NCBI GenBank assembly: GCA_033762115.1
Contig: JANRLX010000054.1
Location: 1 to 49,430 of the forward strand
Length of the DNA stretch: 49,430 nucleotides
Reading direction: 5' to 3'
From: Verrucomicrobiota bacterium
GTDB taxonomy: Bacteria > Verrucomicrobiota > Verrucomicrobiia > Limisphaerales > SXQI01
Shown: positions 44,539 through 49,430 of the stretch, piece after piece
Numbering within the stretch: the stretch's first letter is position 1
Layout: each line of letters starts with the position of its first letter
Notes under the pieces: generated by a model
Seen by the model: only the letters and a program-made list of their open reading frames with translations
The model's database searches: none
What the model was told of the DNA's origin: nothing
Position numbers and translations under genes: made by a program

Positions 44539-45822
44539 TCAATGCGAGAGAGTCATCACCACATAATTCTTTTTTCCCTTTCTCAACAACAGGTATTTCT
44601 CGAAGAGAAACTCCGAAAGCTGGACCAACCGCTGCGAATTGCCCTCGCGCACATTGTTGATGTTGATTCCTCCGCCTTCAATATCCTTGCGCGCCTGCCC
44701 CTTGGAACTGCTCAACCCGCTCAGGACCAGCAAATCCAGTAAAGGAACCCCGGCGCCTTCAACGGAGGCTCGGGCAACCGCTTTGGTGGGAACTTCCCCC
44801 ACGATTTCATTGAACGTCGCTTCTGAAATCCCCTCCAGTCCGCCGCCGAAAAGAATATCGCTTGCCCGCATCGCTTCCTGCGTCGCTCCCGTGCCATGGA
44901 TCAACTCCGTTACAGCCCTCGCCAGCGCCTGGTGAGCTACCCGCGCTTCCGGTTTTTCCTGATGCTGCCGTTCCAGCTCCGCGATCTCCTCCTGCGGCAG
45001 GAACGTGAAAAATTTCAGCATCTTGATCACATCCCGATCATCCGTCCTGATCCAGAACTGATAAAACCGGTAAACACTCGTTTTCAATGGATCCAGCCAG
45101 ATCGCCCCCGCCACCGTTTTCCCGAATTTGCTTCCATCCGCGTTCGTGATCAGCGGCAGGGTCAACCCATAAACCTGCGCCCCCAGTTTTTTTCGCGTCA
45201 ATTCAATCCCCGCTGTAATATTTCCCCATTGGTCACTTCCGCCGATCTGCAAATCGCATTCCTGCTCTTTTTTCAGATGATAAAAATCAAATGCCTGCAG
45301 CAGCATGTAGCTGAATTCCGTGTAACTGATCCCCGTTTCCCGGTCCTCCATCCGCGCCCGGACACTTTCCTTCCCCACCATCATGTTCACGGAAAAATGT
45401 TTTCCAACCTCACGCAGGAAATCCAGGTAACTTACCGGCGCTGTCCATGAAGCGTTATCCAAAAGCTGCGCCGGATTGGCCACGCTTCCGAAATCAAGCA
45501 GTGACTGAAGCTGCTTTTTGACGCATGCAATATTATGATTCAGCAAATCGCGCGTCAGCAATTGCCTCTCCGCGCTTTTTCCGCTCGGGTCCCCGATCAA
45601 CCCCGTCGCCCCGCCTGCCAGCGCGATTGGCTTGTGGCCGATCAATTGAAACCGGCGCAGCGCAATCAATGGCACAAGGTTTCCCACATGCAGGCTGTCC
45701 GCCGTCGGGTCGAACCCCGCATAAAGCGTCGTCGGCGTGGCCAGCCGCTTGCCCAGCTGTTCCAGATCCGTGCAATCCGCTATCAACCCGCGCCAACTCA
45801 ATTCCTGCAATACATCAGTCAT
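44539..45822 (-). CDS. tyrS: Tyrosine--tRNA ligase
   Basis: GFDPTADSLHVGN, QIGGSDQWGNI and KFGKT motifs; C-terminal S4 domain. ATG at 45822. Confidence 0.97.
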   Translation of the reverse strand: MTDVLQELSWRGLIADCTDLEQLGKRLATPTTLYAGFDPTADSLHVGNLVPLIALRRFQLIGHKPIALAGGATGLIGDPSGKSAERQLLTRDLLNHNIACVKKQLQSLLDFGSVANPAQLLDNASWTAPVSYLDFLREVGKHFSVNMMVGKESVRARMEDRETGISYTEFSYMLLQAFDFYHLKKEQECDLQIGGSDQWGNITAGIELTRKKLGAQVYGLTLPLITNADGSKFGKTVAGAIWLDPLKTSVYRFYQFWIRTDDRDVIKMLKFFTFLPQEEIAELERQHQEKPEARVAHQALARAVTELIHGTGATQEAMRASDILFGGGLEGISEATFNEIVGEVPTKAVARASVEGAGVPLLDLLVLSGLSSSKGQARKDIEGGGININNVREGNSQRLVQLSEFLFEKYLLLRKGKKNYVVMTLSH

Positions 45823-45988
45823 GATCCACCCCAGCTTAGGAAGCCATTCCAAAACCCTCCAGCAAATCCGCTCGCTCTCACCGCCAGCTTCACCATGTCT
45901 CCCTGCCGTTTTCCCCTCAAAACCTTTTATGCCTTGAAATGGAGGAACGGTTCAGGCGAAATGGGTCTCCCAGTGTAGCAGTGTTGAT

Positions 45989-46456
45989 ATGACTCTCGGT
46001 GACATCCTGCATAAAGAACAGATCATTCCCGATTTGGGTGCGACCAATCGGTGGGAAGCCATCGATGAATTGATTGCCAACCTCGTCGCCTGCGGCAAAA
46101 TCAAGCCTGAGCATCGCGAACAGATCGCTGCCGTGGTCAAAAAGCGCGAAACCAGCATGAGCACAGGCATCGGCTTTGGCATCGGCATTCCCCACGCCTC
46201 CACTGATCTCATCCATGATGTCATCGGCGCCTTTGGTCGTTCTCATGCCGGGGTTAATTTCGATTCACTCGATAACCAGCCTGTCAAACTCGTCATGCTT
46301 TTCCTCGTTCCTCACGGACAGTTCCAGAAACATCTCCACACGCTCGCCAACATCGCCAAGCTCCTCCACAATCGCGATTTTCGCCTCGCCCTCGAAAAAG
46401 CCCCTGACTCCGAGGCCATGCTCAAAATCATCAAACATCCCGAAAGCCTTCAGTAA
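45989..46456 (+). CDS. PTS EIIA (fructose/Ntr-type) domain protein
   Basis: KRETSMSTGIGFGIGIPHA and FDSLDNQPV motifs. Confidence 0.92.
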   Translation: MTLGDILHKEQIIPDLGATNRWEAIDELIANLVACGKIKPEHREQIAAVVKKRETSMSTGIGFGIGIPHASTDLIHDVIGAFGRSHAGVNFDSLDNQPVKLVMLFLVPHGQFQKHLHTLANIAKLLHNRDFRLALEKAPDSEAMLKIIKHPESLQ

Positions 46457-46464
46457 CCTCGGCC

Positions 46465-48189
46465 GTGCTACACCTCCTTCTCCAGGAACGGCTCCAATCT
46501 GTCGTCCAAAACATCCTTCCGGATGCCAATCTCCGCCTCGTCCAGGTCCGTCCCTGTCCCGATCCCAAGTTCGGCGATTACCAAAGCATCGCCCTCATGG
46601 CCCTCGCCAGGGAACGGAAACGCAATCCCCGCCAGATCGCTGAACAGGTCTTGAAGCAACTCGACCTCTCCGAATTCTGCGACAAGGTCGAAATTGCCGG
46701 TCCCGGCTTCCTCAATTTTCGCATCAAACCCGCCGCCATTTCCCGCATCCTTCAACAGGCTGCCCGTGGCGAACATCAATTTCTCCAACCCTCCTCCGCC
46801 CCGCGCACAGTCGTCATTGATTTCAGTTCTCCCAATGTCGCCAAACCCATGCACGTCGGGCATATCCGTTCCACCATTCTCGGCGATTGTCTTGCCCGCG
46901 TCCTCCGCCTCCTTGGTCACCGCGTCATCACCGATAATCACATCGGTGATTGGGGCACTCAATTTGGCAAATTGCTCCTCGGCTGGAAAACCATGCGCGA
47001 TGATGCCGCACTCCTCCGCGAACCGCTGGAGGAAATGGGACGCATTTACAAGGAGATCAATGCCCGCTTTGAGGCCGATGACCAGGTGAAGGCCCAGGCA
47101 CGCCACGAACTCCTCAAGCTCCAGTCCGGCGACCCTGAAAACACCCGCATCTGGCAGGAAATGATCCGCCTTTCCCTTCAGGAATTCGATCAAATCTACC
47201 GTCGCCTCGCCATTCAGTTCGACCATCTCCTCGGCGAAAGTTTTTACAATCCTCAACTCCAATCCGTCGTCGCTGACCTCCAATCACGCGGCATCGCCCG
47301 TGAAAGCGAGGGCGCTACCGTTGTTTTCTTTGATGACATCCCCGAATTGAAGGAACAACCAGCCCTCATTCGCAAAAGTGACGGCGCCGCCAATTACACC
47401 ACCACAGACCTCGCCACATTGGAATACCGCCTGAAAACATGGCAGCCCGATGAAATCATTTACGTCACCGACGCCCGCCAGCAACTTCACTTCAAGCAAC
47501 TCTTCGCCATCCTGGAACGCTGGAAACCGGACGCCCAGGTCAAACTCACCCATGTCTGGTTCGGCATGATCCTCGGTGAGGATGGCAAACCATTCAAAAC
47601 CCGCACCGGTGAAAACGTAAAATTAAAAGACCTCCTCGACGAAGCCGAGCAACGCGCATTCGATGTCGTCACCGCAAAAAACCCCGATCTTCCCGAGGCC
47701 GAACGCCGGGAAATCGCCCGCGTGATCGGTCTGGGGGCCATTAAATATTCCGACCTGCTCCCCAACCGCCAGAGTGATTACGCCTTTAGCTGGGAAAAAA
47801 TGCTCGCGCTCACCGGCAACACCGCCCCTTACGTCCAATACGCCTACACCCGTATCCAAAGCATCCTCCGCAAAGCTGCCGAAACAGGGGCCATCTCCCA
47901 GGCTGCCCCGGAATTTTTGCTGAACTCCGCCGAAGAACTCGATCTTGCCAAACACCTCCTCAATTTCGGCATCGTCCTCGAAGCTGTGGCTGACGAATAT
48001 CGCCCCAATTACCTCTGCAATTATCTCTACGACCTCGCCAGCCTTTTTGCCCGTTTCTTCGAGCATTGCCCCGTCCTCAAATCCGAAGGCCAGGAACGGA
48101 TCGACCGCCTCGCTCTCTGCCAGCTCACCGGACGCATCCTTCGCCAGGGACTCAACCTCCTCGGTATCGAGACCACCGAAAAAATGTAA
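46465..48189 (+). CDS. argS: Arginine--tRNA ligase
   Basis: FGDYQ, SSPNVAKPMHVGH, GDWGTQFG and GNTAPYVQY motifs. Confidence 0.97.
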   Translation: MLHLLLQERLQSVVQNILPDANLRLVQVRPCPDPKFGDYQSIALMALARERKRNPRQIAEQVLKQLDLSEFCDKVEIAGPGFLNFRIKPAAISRILQQAARGEHQFLQPSSAPRTVVIDFSSPNVAKPMHVGHIRSTILGDCLARVLRLLGHRVITDNHIGDWGTQFGKLLLGWKTMRDDAALLREPLEEMGRIYKEINARFEADDQVKAQARHELLKLQSGDPENTRIWQEMIRLSLQEFDQIYRRLAIQFDHLLGESFYNPQLQSVVADLQSRGIARESEGATVVFFDDIPELKEQPALIRKSDGAANYTTTDLATLEYRLKTWQPDEIIYVTDARQQLHFKQLFAILERWKPDAQVKLTHVWFGMILGEDGKPFKTRTGENVKLKDLLDEAEQRAFDVVTAKNPDLPEAERREIARVIGLGAIKYSDLLPNRQSDYAFSWEKMLALTGNTAPYVQYAYTRIQSILRKAAETGAISQAAPEFLLNSAEELDLAKHLLNFGIVLEAVADEYRPNYLCNYLYDLASLFARFFEHCPVLKSEGQERIDRLALCQLTGRILRQGLNLLGIETTEKM

Positions 48190-48209
48190 AACTCATCCCT
48201 GGCTTCTGA

Positions 48210-49133
48210 TCAGCCAAACGCCTTTCGCAGCAATTCGATGCTCTTGCGAACCCCGGAATCCGCACCCTCTTTCCCCTCGAACTCCAGCGCGACATACCCT
48301 TTATAAGCCACCTTCTTCAGAATTGCCGCAATTCGTTGGTAATCCAAATCCAGCGTGTACCATTCTCCACCCCCGAAATAAGTCTTCGCCTGCACAAACA
48401 CCGCCTTCGACGCGATCTGCTCCAGCTTTTCGTACGGGTTCTCCAGGAAATTTCCCGTGTCCATCAACACACCCAGCCACGGTGAATTGATTTCATTCAC
48501 AATCCGCAGCAACCCCGCCGGTTCCCGCGTCAACCCCCAATGATTCTCCAAAGCCAGGATCACCCCGCACTCCTCCGCCTTCTTCAGGCAACGCTCAATC
48601 GCCTCAATGCACCACTTGAACCCCTCATCCTCCGTCACTCCCGGCAAAACCGGCTCGATTCCCCGCGCCTTCATCAGATCGTCGAACGATGCAATCGTAT
48701 TCCAACGCCCTGAATTCAGTCGGATCGCCGGAATCCCCAGTTCATACGCCAACTCGATGCAATGAATCGTGTGCTCGATGTTCTTTTCACGCTCCTCCAC
48801 CTTCGGATCAACAAAATCCTGGTGGATCGAAAGGCAGATCAGGTCGATTCCATTGATGAACGCGCTTCGCTTCAACCGCATCAAATACGATTTCTCCTCT
48901 GAATCCATTTGCCGGTGCAGGATGTCCACCCCTTCCACTCCAAGCTGCGATGCCTTCTCGATCACCCCTTCCACCGAAACTTTCGGGTCGCGGAAATGCC
49001 AGTACGAATACGTGGAAATCCCCAGCTTCACCCGCTGCCCAATTGCAGGGGCCGCCGCTTCAGCCTGCCCACACGACAACAAAGCGGCACCGGAAGCAGC
49101 AGCAGTCAGAAACGAACGACGAGAGGCTTGCAT
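48210..49133 (-). CDS. Tat-exported sugar phosphate isomerase/epimerase (xylose-isomerase-like TIM barrel)
   Basis: SRRSFL Tat motif; LENHWG, DTGNF and LEFEG motifs. Confidence 0.9.
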   Translation of the reverse strand: MQASRRSFLTAAASGAALLSCGQAEAAAPAIGQRVKLGISTYSYWHFRDPKVSVEGVIEKASQLGVEGVDILHRQMDSEEKSYLMRLKRSAFINGIDLICLSIHQDFVDPKVEEREKNIEHTIHCIELAYELGIPAIRLNSGRWNTIASFDDLMKARGIEPVLPGVTEDEGFKWCIEAIERCLKKAEECGVILALENHWGLTREPAGLLRIVNEINSPWLGVLMDTGNFLENPYEKLEQIASKAVFVQAKTYFGGGEWYTLDLDYQRIAAILKKVAYKGYVALEFEGKEGADSGVRKSIELLRKAFG

Positions 49134-49430
49134 CCACCCAGGATAAATGGCTTCTATTCAACCGCAAACCTTTCCGACCAAAAACCATTTATGACCCATA
49201 TTCGCATCACCACTTTACTGTAATAAATAACAACTGTTTTAGTTGACAGCTCCAACCAAACCTGCCACTCTCATCCCGGAAAGGAAAACTTGAATATTTG
49301 TAGTTAAAACAACAACGGCAGTTTGACTGGCAGAATGGCTTCCACGGCCCTGGAACAAGTCCCCGTTGATCTCTCCTCCACGGCAACTCGTTCGATGGCC
49401 ACCCGCTTGATTCAAGCACCGCCACCCTCC

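Noticed and set aside
45823..45988. T-box or tRNA between tyrS and PTS IIA-argS
   Set aside because: No T-box consensus, antiterminator or cloverleaf is visible.
49207..49430. Minus-strand 72-aa ORF and a possible plus-strand start at 49335 after TTGACA-N17-CACTCT
   Set aside because: Truncated by the window edge with no recognisable domain; cannot be supported.

Overview
About 49 kb of bacterial chromosome. Protein style suggests Verrucomicrobiota (Pedosphaera/Limisphaera-like); this is an inference. No rRNA, tRNA, CRISPR array or mobile element was found. From left to right: (1) 1-17.3 kb is the tail of a Wzy-dependent polysaccharide locus: Wzc-like end, GH71 hydrolase, Wzx, two FkbM methyltransferases, GT2, four GT4, two tandem secreted SGNH esterases, Wzy, WcaF and an exosortase. 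(2) 17.4-23.9 kb holds ArsR-SRPBCC, a CPA2 antiporter, Rrf2-SDR, RRM-infA and a FadL-like channel. (3) 24-30.8 kb is a receptor-less CheB / frameshifted CheB*-CheR-PAS / HisKA_3 / NarL cluster, with a GTA-N4-TAC box repeated five times in its intergenic DNA. (4) 30.8-49.4 kb is mixed: RodZ-like, esterase, TPR protein, glf-GT, S1/P1-like nuclease, beta-propeller, ogt, a TPR-accessory/HK/OmpR module, tyrS, PTS IIA-argS and a Tat-exported TIM barrel. The best candidates for undescribed systems are the three-component module whose secreted protein and sensor kinase carry matching TPR pairs and share an OmpR-type box, the GTA-N4-TAC regulon of the CheB/CheR cluster, and putative lineage-specific C-terminal sorting signals. 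GC skew reverses across the window, suggesting a replication-terminus zone.
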